Below are positions 52,071 through 63,720 of a DNA stretch of 64,000 nucleotides, in pieces. Position 1 is the first letter of the stretch; the number at the start of each line of letters is the position of its first letter. Origin of the DNA: Sphaerodactylus townsendi. Taxonomy: Eukaryota. Where the stretch lies: the NCBI RefSeq assembly GCF_021028975.2, contig NC_059432.1, forward strand, positions 7,874,001-7,938,000, in the 5' to 3' direction. Below the pieces are notes generated by a model that did not search any database, was not told where the DNA came from, and worked only from the letters and a program-made list of their open reading frames with translations. The position numbers were made by a program, and so were the translations under genes.

Positions 52071-52985
52071 CATTTGTCTCCAGCATGACAGCCACAATGT
52101 TCCCTGCCCAGTGTGGCTCTTAGCTCTTCCATCCAGGAGACACCACAGCCAGGGCAGCCTGTGATACTTTTCTTATAGTTCTATTTGTGTGAACAATTGA
52201 AGCACAATTGTCACAAGACCTCACCTGAAAGAGTGCATCACATTTTGCACCTTTTCAACCCCTACTGAAAACAGATATTGGACTTAAATCAGTGTCCAAA
52301 CATTAAGTGGAAAAAGTGATTCAAATATACATATCAATATTTAAGGGCGGCAACACATTCAGGTGTGCATGGATTTTTTATTGCTGTCTTAGAAACCTAT
52401 GAAGTCAGAGGTCACAAGTCAAATGGAGAACTATATCCTGAATATGGGCACCAAACATCACTCAGGTTTACATTTACATGAAAAGGCAGAAGCCTCATTC
52501 TACTCAGTCGGAGACAGAACAAACAGAAACTGCACAAGAGGGATATCGTACACGAGTGGAGATTATGCTATTTGACGCTCATGTCCAACTCCCACACTTT
52601 TCCCTACGCACGAGCAGGCTGGTGTGGAATGGCCCCTAGAACTGCATGGAGCTACTCAGTCGCCCCATTTCTGACACGAGGCGTGTGGCTAAATCACCAA
52701 CACAAAATTGTGCAGCCAGTGTGCCCTGAGGCGGAGGTGAACATGGAATGTGAACCTAAATTAAAGCACGAAGAGTAAAAAGAAAGGAGAGAACTGCCTT
52801 ATGTTTGAAAAGTCATGGCAAGAAAGCTATTTAATATAGAGGGGGCATGAGAATCTCTGTACAGACAAAATAACAAGTAAAATACTCAAAGAATTTCCAA
52901 GGGGGGGGGGATGTACACCACCTTGAGCAAAGTAAAGCAGTGCGCTAATTTTACCTCCAGTGTGGGGAGATGATAGAGAGATCAC

Positions 52986-53470
52986 CTGCCCCTATGAGAA
53001 GAGGAGGCAGGAAGCGACCCTGTGGGCACTCTCTTTCAGGAAGAGGTGGTCAAACAGGATCTGGAGCTTTGAATGATAAATGAAAGAGCACCTCCGACTC
53101 CCCACAATTAACAAGGGGTGCAGTCGTCCATCACCAGTGGGTTCAAACCAGCCGTCTTGAGCAGCTCCCCTTTCATCGGGTCTGTGCAGGAGAACTGTGG
53201 AGTGGGTGGGCACAATCTGCCCCCATCATACTGTGCACCTCAAACCCGTGGCCCGAGGCAGGCAGAAGGAGCTGTAAGAAGCGGCTGGAATATAAAGAGG
53301 CTTTGTTAAAAGTGAGGACAAGGCCCAATTACACTCTTTGCTCAGCACAGAAAGAGGAGGGGATTATGGGATAGAGGTAATGGGCTTCAGCAGCATCTGG
53401 CAAAGAAGGTGCTTGGGAGCATGTCGGTCACTAAGAGACAGGCCCTGACGTAAGATGAGTCACAGCCGGG
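52986..53470 (-). promoter_or_regulatory. Candidate PSD promoter and non-coding first exon
   Basis: Repeat-free, CpG-bearing segment; adjacent CRE-like TGACGTAA (53446-53453) and AP-1 TGAGTCA (53456-53462); TATA-like site at 53290-53296; minus-strand donors CAG|GTGATC (52986) and GAG|GTAAAA (52955). Coding exon 1 begins with an acceptor, so an upstream exon must exist somewhere. Confidence 0.3.
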
Positions 53471-53956
53471 ATTAAATCAAAGTCAGCGGTGGCAGAAAGT
53501 TCATCAACAGGGCAAATAGAAATGCTCTCTGTATCCTGTCTCAACAAAAGAAAGTACCTCAACGTGGAATCAATCCACAGCCAGTTCCTGGGCCTTGGTT
53601 TCAGAGGAAAGCTCCTGCAGTCCTAGTGCCCGCCCTGTTCTGCACCACCACCACCACCCCTAAGTCCTGATTCTCCAATTTCATTTTAAAAGCTATTTTA
53701 AGCCCCGTTTCTGTCCAAACCTTTCTTCTGTGCCTATTAAGAATGCCTCGGCACAATGATTTAAAAAGGCAGGTTCTGTTTTGACCTTAGATGCACTAAG
53801 AATGCTCTTTTATTACACTAGCAAGCTTAATAGGGCACAGAAGAAAGGTTTGGACAGAGGTGGTGCTTAAATTGGCTTTTAAAATGCAACTGAACAACCG
53901 CACTTCTTTGTCCTGCAGATAGATGGCCCTGTCACTTCTGCCACACCACACACAGC

Positions 53957-54300
53957 CAGTGGCGTATCTGCTCAGGGATGGGGGGGGGTACTCCTTGTTC
54001 CGGGCGCCACTAATCTGGTCACATGGGGGTGCACAATTGGCCCCCCACGTGACTAGGTCCGTGAGGCCCCCCACGTGAGGAAGTACTGCTGCTTTGTCGA
54101 CTTCAGGCTCCCTCAGCCCCGGACCTAGTCATCGACAAGGGCGGGGTCAAGGATGCTGGGCCCACCCACCCCCGGGCTCCCTGGAGCCCGGGAGCCCAGC
54201 TTCTGCCCTCCCCTCTGGGGAGAGCAGAAGAGACTGCCATCCTCCGAGAGGTGCATTTATAAGCACTGAGGCGGGGGGCAGGGCTCAGGGGCATGGCCAC
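53957..54300 (+). mobile_element. Truncated hAT-like element
   Basis: Starts CAGTGGCGTATCTG; shares tttataagcactgagg...GC-rich block with the 3' extension of family B. Confidence 0.45.
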
Positions 54301-54610
54301 TGGGCCATGCTCTTCTATTGGGAGTAGAGCTGAAATGAAAATGTAAGCATCCAAATCCCTCAGCTTCCTTCCCAGAACCTCAAAATCCCTTGTGATGCCC
54401 CAAAACCTACGTCTTGCAGGGTCCTTTGTTCCCAGGAAGGGATAACCATCAGTGGCCTTGACAAGTCCTGTCAGTCTCTCTGTGACATCGTGTATTTTTG
54501 CCCAGGGAAACAGCCCACCTCTCAAGACATCTTGCCAGGCCTGTAAATCACTGCTTCCATTTCCCGCAGCGCCACCCATCATCTCTGGGGTTTTGCAGGG
54601 GCTATTCCTT
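54300..54610 (-). mobile_element. CR1 ORF1 esterase fragment (a further ORF1 Zn-finger-like fragment at about 56400-56600)
   Basis: PWAKIHDVTERLTGLVKATDGYPFL...DFEVLGRKLRDLDA...SALLPI. Confidence 0.65.
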
Positions 54611-55589
54611 GGACTGAAACTTCTCTCACATGCTTATTCTCCAAGGACTGACTCTGTGGCTCATGTGCCTGTTCCTTATCCTCACTGACAAGAGAGATAA
54701 CTTCTGTAGCTTCAAAATTCAAACCCAGTTCTCTCCAAACATCCTCAGCCCTGCTGACCTCGCAAGGTGTCTGTTGTGATGAGGGGAAAGGAAAGGAATT
54801 TGTAAGCCCCTTTGAGTCTCTTTATAGGAGATAAAAGGGGGAGGGTATAAATTCAAAGTCCTCCTATTTCTCCTTCTTCTAAATAGATTACGGGGTGAAG
54901 AATCCTAGTCCCACATCAGATCTAATTAGACCTTTAATTGTTCAAAACCAGCATAGCATCCAGAACCTGCAGAAGAACCCAGAGAATATATGTGGGAATG
55001 CAAAATACGCACAGCCGCACCAGCTCCACCCAGCAGCTATGAAATGTGCTGTGAATTCGATGGATAACGCAGACACATGGCCTGAAACGCCTTTTCCTCC
55101 GCCCCTCTTTTCCTTTCCACTTTTCTAAACTGGCCTTGGTTCTGTCTTCTCTCCCCTGCATCCCTTGCCCACCTGTTTCTCCATTAACTGGCTTGGGTTC
55201 TGCCCAGCATTTCTGTGGGAGCAAGGATTTCTGCTGGCACACTGGGAGGCATGAGGGGGGGAAAGGCCTTCCACGGGCACCTGCAGGAACACGCCCCTCT
55301 TCCTAGCTTTCTCTCTGGCCCCCTGTTCCTTCCAGAGCAGTGAGCTGGATGTTTGGGGGTTGAAAGAATAGCTTTGCATACACTCTAAGGGCGACTCCCC
55401 ACAGATGATTAATCGTGTGATACTCATGTGATAAATCATGCTTTGAACAAGAACTCCCCATGGCCCAAATGCTGAACACGGCTTCATTATGGCTCTGGCG
55501 TGCATCCCCCCCTCATCACACTGTTTTCAGAACCTGCATGAAGTACACCTTTTTGCCTATCAAGCACCAAAGGTGGGGAGAAACAGGGG

Positions 55590-56090
55590 CAGATGCGTGT
55601 TATTGTTCCCGCCCTTGGAGCCTTCCAGCCAATCAGAATGCAATGGGCTATCTTTAAAAAATATATACATTTAAGGAAGTATGCGAGAGCCTGGCAGGGG
55701 CGTTTGTTTGGGGGGCGGGCTGGGCTGAGCTGAGGGGCAGTAAGCGGAGGCCCCCATGGGGAGGAGGTGTGGCAAGGGAGAAGGGTTGAGGGTTGGGCCC
55801 CTCCGAGGGGCCGCCGCCACTCTTCTCTTGCGAGCACGGCTGGGTAGCTGTCAGGCGAAGGGTGTCGTGCAGCTCGGCAGTGTGACCAGTTTAAATAAGT
55901 GAAGCGTGGTGGTTGTGCAGTGGAGCAGTCATGCAGCTGCCAGCCGGCAAGGGCTGGCGGAGGTGAGCAGCCAGGCCTGGGGGGCTACTTCCCCTGATAT
56001 GCCACTGCCGTCACCTCCCCCACCAGGCTTGGAGGACCCCAGGCTCCCCTCGCTCGCCCTCCTTCTCCAAAGGTGGGGGGGGGGGTAGAG
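55590..56090. promoter_or_regulatory. GC/CpG-rich segment with CCAAT and GC boxes (promoter-like; could be TE-derived)
   Basis: agccaatcag at about 55627, gggggcggg at 55711, elevated CpG. Confidence 0.25.
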
Positions 56091-59000
56091 GAACCCGCCT
56101 GAGACAGCTCACAAAGTAAAAAAAACAACACAATAAAATCACAGAAATAGCATAAAGACAACAACAGCCACTAAACCAAGCTGACCTGGCAACTCCCTCT
56201 GGGATTTTAAAGGCAAGTAACGAACAGTTGGTTTGCCACTGCCTGACTCTGAATAGCAGCTTCTTTGGTGGTCTTAAATCCAAAAATTAACCCGAGCCAA
56301 TCCTGCTGAGCTTCTGAGACCAGGTGAGACTGGAGCAGCCAGGGCCGCCACCCAGGTTAGGGGCCATGATGAATTGTGCCCAGTAACAGGACAGCAATGC
56401 AAATCGGTCAGCAGAAGGGCAAGGCAATTTCCTAGGCTTCCAGGAACTTGATTTGAAATATCCTCCTCTCTGGCCAGAAGTTCCTTTACTTCCACAAGTC
56501 CCTTGCTTCTGAGTGGCGTTCAGACAGAAAGCGCAGTGTTTGCAAACTGAGTCCTGGCGTGTATGAGGCTCGAAACCCCTTTGCAAAGAGCTGGCCTTCA
56601 CGTGAACAGCTAAGGATTAGGCAGCAGGAGAATGGGACTGGTGGGGGTGGGGAGCTGTTTTCTCACCTAGCACAACCCCAGCCACCTCACCGTTCCAAGC
56701 AGATCCCTCTGCTCCTTCCCTTTACCTTTGCACAGTACATAAAAAAGGTTCACAAACAAAGGGGCATCCAGCTACAAAACCACATTTTTCTTGTTGTAGT
56801 AACCTGAGCCCACAATCCTCCTGAAGACACCTCTGATAGCAACACAAGGCACAATCATACTCTCTTATTTTCAGTCAATTAACCTCAAACAGAATTACCA
56901 CCCACAGTTGTCTCCATCAGAATCCCCATCCAGGCGTCAGCATAGAACCGCATTTTGACAATGTCCAGGGTAAGGGGAACTTGTTCACTAGGCTTGAAAC
57001 AGGGATTTCCTGGGCAATCGCTCACATCACGTGACCTCAAACATGCTCTGGAGTCAGGAAAAGGTGGGCGCAGCAGAAGTCTGAGGATGTGGCATGAGAT
57101 GCCGCATGACGGGAAAGCACAGCAACAGCATTCCTACCAAAGCAAAGAGTTTACGGCTAGCCACCCAGTATGGTATTTTCAGGTCTCCCAATCCCACCCC
57201 ACCCCTGACCTGCCAAGGCATATTCTGCTGATCCGCAGCCTAGATCTGCTCCGGTTCTCTCGGCTCAGCAAGGATCAGTTCTGAGTAAATGTGACATCCA
57301 TCTGGATCAGAAGGACATGCCTTCCTGGAGAATCCAATCCTCAGAGACAGTAAACAAGTTCTGAGCCACTCCACCACCCTCGGAGAAAATGGTTCCGTGA
57401 CTGAGGGCAGGAGGTTCAATGTACGAAGCATCACTCCGTGCCGACTACTGAGTTTTCATTTCTAAAAACTGAGAAGTAGGAGGAGCTTCTTCCACACCAT
57501 CATTTTTAGAAATGAAGGCCTGCCCTCACCCAACAATGTATACACACCTGTGTGCAGTCTCACCATATGTTCGGATCAACATACACATTCATTTAAAAAA
57601 CTACATATTGTCGGTCAATGCTGTGTATGGCACCATTAAATCAACAAGAGTCTCCACGGACTGCCCCAGATCTTGTTTGCAACAAATACTGATTTATGCT
57701 CTGCCTTTGACTCAATAAACAGGGATCAACTGTGGGAAAATCAACTAAGATCACTATTAATAAAGGCCTCATCTGGTTAATTGATAGCGAGGTCAGCTTA
57801 GCAGCATGGCAACTGACACTTGTTTTGTTCAATTTAAGAAGAGAAAGGCCTTGCCAGATCGATCCTGGCCAAAACGATCCCTCTCTGGTCTGGAGCAAGA
57901 CTGGCACTAGCTGTTAGGCACGGGTGTGGCGAACAGCAACCCTGGAAATAAAGTGGAAGCAGAACTCCCTCCAGGCCCGTGTCACTGCCTCAAGCAAGAG
58001 GCCCCATCCCAGAGGCGTACCGGCAGAAAATGGGGCAAGATCAGATTTTTTCCACCCCTGCTGGAGCGGTGACGAGTGAACGCAGCCTTCCCCAGAGGGA
58101 AGAGGGAGGGGGCAATACCACATGGCAATTCTTAAGGCAAGCTGGGCGCAGCCTGTTTAAGCTGTGGGGGCCGGGGTGAGGCCGGGGTCAGCAGTTCGGG
58201 CCATGCCTGAGGGGGTGTGGTTTTGGGGCTCCCGGGCCTTTTCAGCAAGCTGGAGGCGGCTTGGCTTTCAAGCAAGGAGATCTGGGAAGGCCAGCGTTCC
58301 AGAAGCGGGACGCTTCTTGCGGGGGCTGGTCTTGGCAGGGCCCTGCTTACTGCCTTCCTGGCCAGATGTGGCCAGTTTTAAGCAAAGGGCCAGGCCAGCA
58401 AGGGTGAGCCAGCACAGGTGGGTAGGGGCCTCCTCGACTGATGGTCCCGGCATTGGGAGAGGCAGTAGACCATTCCTTCACTAGCCAGGAGCCAGTTGGG
58501 CACAGGCTGGCTCCTCCCCACCAGGCCGGGGAGCTGCTGGGATGGGAGGGGTGCCTGGGCGTGTGGATCGATTTTGCGCCCTCCAAGTGATAAAATGCAT
58601 GGCGCCTGGGGACATGTGATACCACATGTCCCTCTGGGCGGTACGCCTCTGCCCCATCCCTTTCCAGCCCTGCACTGCTGCCAGCTGCTTCTAAGCCACA
58701 GTGTTTTGGCCCCAGCCAGCCAAGCATCCCCTGCTCTGCTGATGGCTGGGCCAAGTTCCACCACACATTATGCTAACCCAAATGCTTGCTTGGGTCCCTC
58801 ATCCAAAGCCAGCGGAATAGCCTACAAAATGGGCTGCTTCTGCAGGGAATTTGCAGATTTGCAGTAAGTGACAGCATTTCTTCTGGGCCCTGGCTCCTCT
58901 AATGTATCTTATTAATGTAGAGACGTTGAGTATTTTTTAATTGTGACATTTGTGATATTGATCATTGTGGGCTGCACTGAGTACAAAATAAGGCAAGGTA

Positions 59001-59259
59001 ATATATCATTCCCTGGATATATATTTATTTCATTTCATTACCTTTATTGGCATAAGAAATAACAGAACAATAATACCAATAAGAAAGAATAATTAGGAGA
59101 GTATTGAAATAACAGTACATAAAAATTTGGCCACAGCCTCCAGAATCACATTGTTCTCATTATTGAGTAGAAATACAGTTTTTTGTGAGTCGCTTGACTC
59201 GACTTGATCTACCAGCAAGGGGGCTGGGAGCTTGGCTCCAACAGACACATACAAGGGGC

Positions 59260-60550
59260 CAGGGACGTAGGTAAGGGGGGGTTTTCTCGGGTTCAAACCC
59301 CTCCCATTCAAGTCCGAAGCTCCGCCCGCCAGTTTGTGGGTTTTTAAAACATTTTTAGTATTTTTTTGTTTTTTGGCCTGCAGGGGGCACATTGTTTAGG
59401 CTAGCAGTACCAAACTTTCAGGGATTGTTTGGGGGACTCTTCTGATGATACTACCCAGGTTTGGTGAGGTTTGGTTCAGGAGGTCCAAAGTTATGGATTC
59501 CCAAAGGGGTGCCCCCATCCTCCATTGTTTCCAACGGGTGCTAATAGGAGATGGGGGCTACACCTTTGAGGGTCCATAAGTTTGGACCCCGAGCCAAACT
59601 TCACCAAACCTGGGTGGTATCATTAGGAGAGTCTCCTAAAGATACCCTGAAAGTTTGGTACTTCTAGCTTAACAATTGCACCCCTGACAGCAGGCACCCC
59701 ACAAATTTCCCCAGATTCTCCTTTTAAATCCACCCCATATGGCATGGATTTAAAGGGAAAATCTGAGGCCCTCAGTTTAGAAGAAGAAGAAGAAGAGTTT
59801 GGATGTATATTCCCCCCTTTCCCTCCTGTAGGAGACTCAAAGGAGCTTAAAATTGTCTTGCCCTTCCCGCCTCACAACAAACACCCTGTGAGGTGGATGG
59901 TGCCGAGAGAGCTCCGGAAAGCAGTGACTAGCCCAAGGTCACCCAGCTGGTGTGTGTTGGAGTGCACAGGCTTATCTGAATTCCCCAGATAAGCCTCCAC
60001 AGTTCAAGCGACAGAGCAGGGAATCAAACCTGGTTCCTCCAGATTAGACTGCACCTGCTCTTAACCACTACGCAACATTGAAAGTGATGCTGTTTCAGGA
60101 TGGGGGATAATCCACCCCAAAATAGCATCACTTTCAATGTTGTTTAACTGGGGACCCCAGATTCTCCCTTTAAGATGGATTTAAAAGGAGAATTTGGGCT
60201 CTCTAGTTTAAACACCTTTGAAAGTGATGCTGTTTGGGGGTGGATTCCAGCATCACAGTGGCTGCCGGGGAGGGGGGGGGCAAGACTCAGATTTTGCACC
60301 GGGCTCCATTTTCCCTCTATGCCTCTGCCCAGAGGGGAGGGCAGAAGGAACTGCCAGCTGCCGGGTGGGAGCCCAGCTGGTTGGGGGCAGGGGAGGGCAG
60401 GGCAGGGGAGTCTGCTGTCCCCGGCCTCGGAGAGCTGCTTTTATACGTGCTAGGCCGGGGCTTGGGGAGGCGTGGCCATGTTCTAGGGACGGGTGGGGGT
60501 GTGGCCCCATCCCCGAACCCCCCCATAAAAAATCTATACTTATGTCCCTG
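59260..60550 (+). mobile_element. Non-autonomous hAT DNA transposon (family B)
   Basis: TIRs CAGGGACGTAGGTA... and ...TACTTATGTCCCTG; collinear with the 28703 and 41034 copies; TSD not preserved. Confidence 0.85.
59780..60073 (-). mobile_element. Squam3-like SINE nested in hAT element
   Basis: Highly similar to the 47416 copy; splits the hAT sequence cagttta|...aacattgaaagtgatg. Confidence 0.88.
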
Positions 60551-61387
60551 CAATAAGATATGCCAAACAGACTCTTCACAGGTGAGATTACAAATACATT
60601 TCCTCTTGTGGTGCGGGAGCCCCAGACTTCTTCCTTGTCGAAGAACAGAAGGTAAAACATTGCAACAAGCTAATGATTCAGCCCGTCACCATTTAGGCTC
60701 TATTAGCAATTGCAGATATCCTGCCATAGTTGAGTTATTCCCAAAAAGGAGGGAAAACAAAATTTATTGTCCTCATTTATCAATCCCCAGGTATTCCAGA
60801 TCAAGGAGCCTTGTTTTGATTGTACCAAATGCCTCCCTTTCAGTAAGCATGGCTAATATATATTTATTAAATGCTATACACACACACGCACACACACACA
60901 CAACACACCTTCATTTTTTAAAGTAGTAGGAAAAACTATGCCAGGGACTGGGGAGGAGTCGGTTCTTTTGTGATGTCACCAGTTATATCCAATCATAGCT
61001 GTGTACAACTAATGGCTACGCCAGACATGCAAGACCCGTTTGTGAGAACATTCCAGAAAAAACATGGTTTCTAACCAAATGCTGTTGTTGGCACTCTGGT
61101 GGATTCTGCACAGCATCTTTATAACAAGTTGCAATCGTTATAAATGAATTTGTATTTCATTTATAAAGGGAGAACTAATTCATTTATAATGGTTGTTATA
61201 AATATGCTGTGTGGAATCCACCCTTTCTCACTGCTGGAAACAGGAATGCCTAAGGAGAAAATGGGAAACATTCAGGAAAAAAAACCTTGCCCATCCTTTT
61301 TATTTCCCAAAGATTTCCCCCTACCCTCATTTTTCAACAAAAAAACCCCCCAGGAAATTTTAGTGACCACTTAAAGAACTCCCATGA

Positions 61388-63206
61388 CACATCAACTCCT
61401 TTACGGAGTTCCCCTTTGGATTGGAGCTTGGAATAAATCTGTAGAGAGAGTCCAGTCCAAATTTATTTATGAGATTTTTGGGGTAGCCCACTGTGTTCCA
61501 TATGCTGTTCTGTGTCTCGAATCAGGACAGCACTTGTTGGTAACCAGAGCATGGATAACTACCATATATACTTGCATATAAGTCAAATTTTTCAGCACAT
61601 TTTTTGTGCTGAAAAAGCCCCCTTCAACTTATACGCAAGTCAGGTGAATTTTAAAAAATATTTTAGGGGATTTACTTTGTAGACTGCCAGGGGGTGCAGT
61701 TTTTAGGCTAGTGGCACCAAAATTTCAGGGATTTTTCAAGAGACTCTCCTGATGATACCACCCAAGGATTTTGAGAGTAATGAGAGTTTGGTTCCAGGGG
61801 GTCCAAAAGTTATGGGATCCCCTAAGGAGGTGTTCTCCCCATCCCCCCCCATTGTTTCCTAATGGGGAGCTAATGAGAGGTAGATGGAGGCCTTGTGGCA
61901 ACATTTTTGAGTGGGTCCATAACTTTGGACCACCTGACCCAACCAAACTTCACCAAACCTGGGTGGTATCATCAGGAGGATCTCCTAAAGATACTCTGAA
62001 ATGTTGGTACTGCTAACATAAACATTGTTCCCTATCTCCTGACCAAAAATCCAGTTTTGAAGGATTTTAACTCTTGTGTTTTAGCTTGGTTGCTGGTTGA
62101 GCTAAGGTTTTTGTACTTCTAAAGTTATTGTTGAGACCATATTGTTTTTGTTGACCCTCTTTTCCACCTACAGAGCTAGTTTACTGTTTTTCTTTGAAAT
62201 AAATATTCAAAAACATTTAACCTACTGATGCCTCAATTAATGTAATTTTATTGGTATTGATTTTTATTTTTGAAATTTACCAGTAGCTGCTGCATTTCCC
62301 ACCCTCGATTTATACGCAAGTCAATACGTTTTCCCAGTTTTTTGTGGTAAAATTTAAGGTGCCCTCATTGACTTATATGTGTGGAGTGCGTACTTATACA
62401 CAAGTATATACGGTACATTGCAGGGAGATAAATTCTGGTCTCATCTTTGCTTTAATACTGAAGCTGAAAGTCTCACACATTTAGCCCTCTCTGAACTGAA
62501 ATCCTCTGAATGGTGGAAGTGTATAGAGGCCAAAATATCCTATTTAGGTCTCTCCTTCAAAACCTTTTTTATGCAATCTGCAAACGAAATTTGGCTATCC
62601 CTAAAAAGAAGGCTACTGGACCAGGAATACCAGTTGCTGTTGCGTGCAGCCAGGACATCTTGTTCTCCCTTGCACTATGGAATCTATCCTGAAATTAGCA
62701 TGACAGCTAAATATCTATCCCAACTATCAGAGCCCAGGCAGAGATGGAGCATTACTCGAGCTAGATGTAACGCATTCCCCTCTGCCGTTCTTAAGGGCCG
62801 CATACAGTTGAATATTCTCAGACTTCAAGATAGAACATGTACAGATTGTCAGGGATACTGTTGAGACCCTCGAAGGCATATATATGTTTTCTTGCCCGAG
62901 GTAGGCGCGACCTAGACTCCTCATCCTTTATTTGTCCGGCAAGGCACTAGGGGAATAAGAAAGAAGATTGTTCGGGCAGATACAAAGACTATTCACCTGC
63001 TGCATAATAGCGACGGCGGGGTAACTGGAAATACCGCTGAATTTGTATTAGAAGTGCTCAAGTCAAAGACATAATGGAAGCTTGATCACCTCTTCTGTAC
63101 CAACCTTATGTGTTTTGTCCAATTTTATGTCCTGTTTTAACACCCGCTCTGTCCTGTATTTTGTTTTATTTTTACTGATATGCCTAATAAAGGTCAGTTG
63201 AAGTTG
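61388..63206 (+). mobile_element. 5'-truncated LINE (RTE-X-like; clade uncertain), ORF2 C-terminal part
   Basis: 14-bp TSD AAGAACTCCCATGA (61374-61387 and 63207-63220); QLLYGVPLWI...VERVQSKF...RAWITT, then KFWSHL...ARCNAFPSAVLKGR; tail atgcctaataaaggtca(gttgaa)n. Confidence 0.8.
61562..62413 (+). mobile_element. Tc1/mariner-superfamily (Tc2/pogo-like) non-autonomous element nested in the LINE
   Basis: TIRs CCATATATACTTGCATATAAGT... and ...ACTTATACACAAGTATATACGG; TA TSD at 61560-61561 and 62414-62415; the LINE reading frame resumes after it. Confidence 0.8.
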
Positions 63207-63449
63207 AAGAACTCCCATGAAATATTTTTATTCTCATTAAAAAGCCCACCTTGCTCAAAAAGGCATCTCACTCATTTCAAAAATGCTTAATGTTAATAAA
63301 TTATTCAAAGTTCTAAAATTTAATTTCCAAATATATTGGCAGTCCTACTTAATATGACTGAATGAGAGTATTTCCATCCAAATAATACATTTTTGTTTTA
63401 ATACAGAATTTTGTTCAGTCAACTTTTTTATTTTCCTGCCTCTCAAATA

Positions 63450-63720
63450 AAGGAGCTCCCGTGGGAGGCAAAAGTTCTGCAGTGCAAAGCTCAGCCCATG
63501 ACCTGAGTTCAATCCTGACAGAAGCTGGTTTTAAAGAGCTGGCTCTAAGTTGACCCATCCTTTCATCCAAATCAGTACCCAGCTTGCTGGGGTCAAGTAT
63601 AGATTGCGGAAGGCAATGGCAAACCACTTTTGTAACTTCAGTCTACCTAGTAAATATTGTGGTCTGACGTCACTCCATAGATCAGTACTGACCCAGTACT
63701 CACACAGGAGACTCATTTAC
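63450..63720 (+). mobile_element. Sauria SINE (Squam1-like)
   Basis: ggagctcccgtgg head, gagttcaatcc B box, cagtacccagcttgctgggg, ggaaggcaatggcaaaccac. Confidence 0.65.

Larger units (their letters stand above)
59030..60855 (-). mobile_element. LINE 3' fragment (RTE-X-like; clade uncertain), host of nested hAT and SINE
   Basis: 13-bp TSD ATATATATTTATT (59017-59029 and 60856-60868); 3' end atgccaataaaggtaatgaaatgaaa on the minus strand; CNVLPSVLRQGR remnant. Confidence 0.7.
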
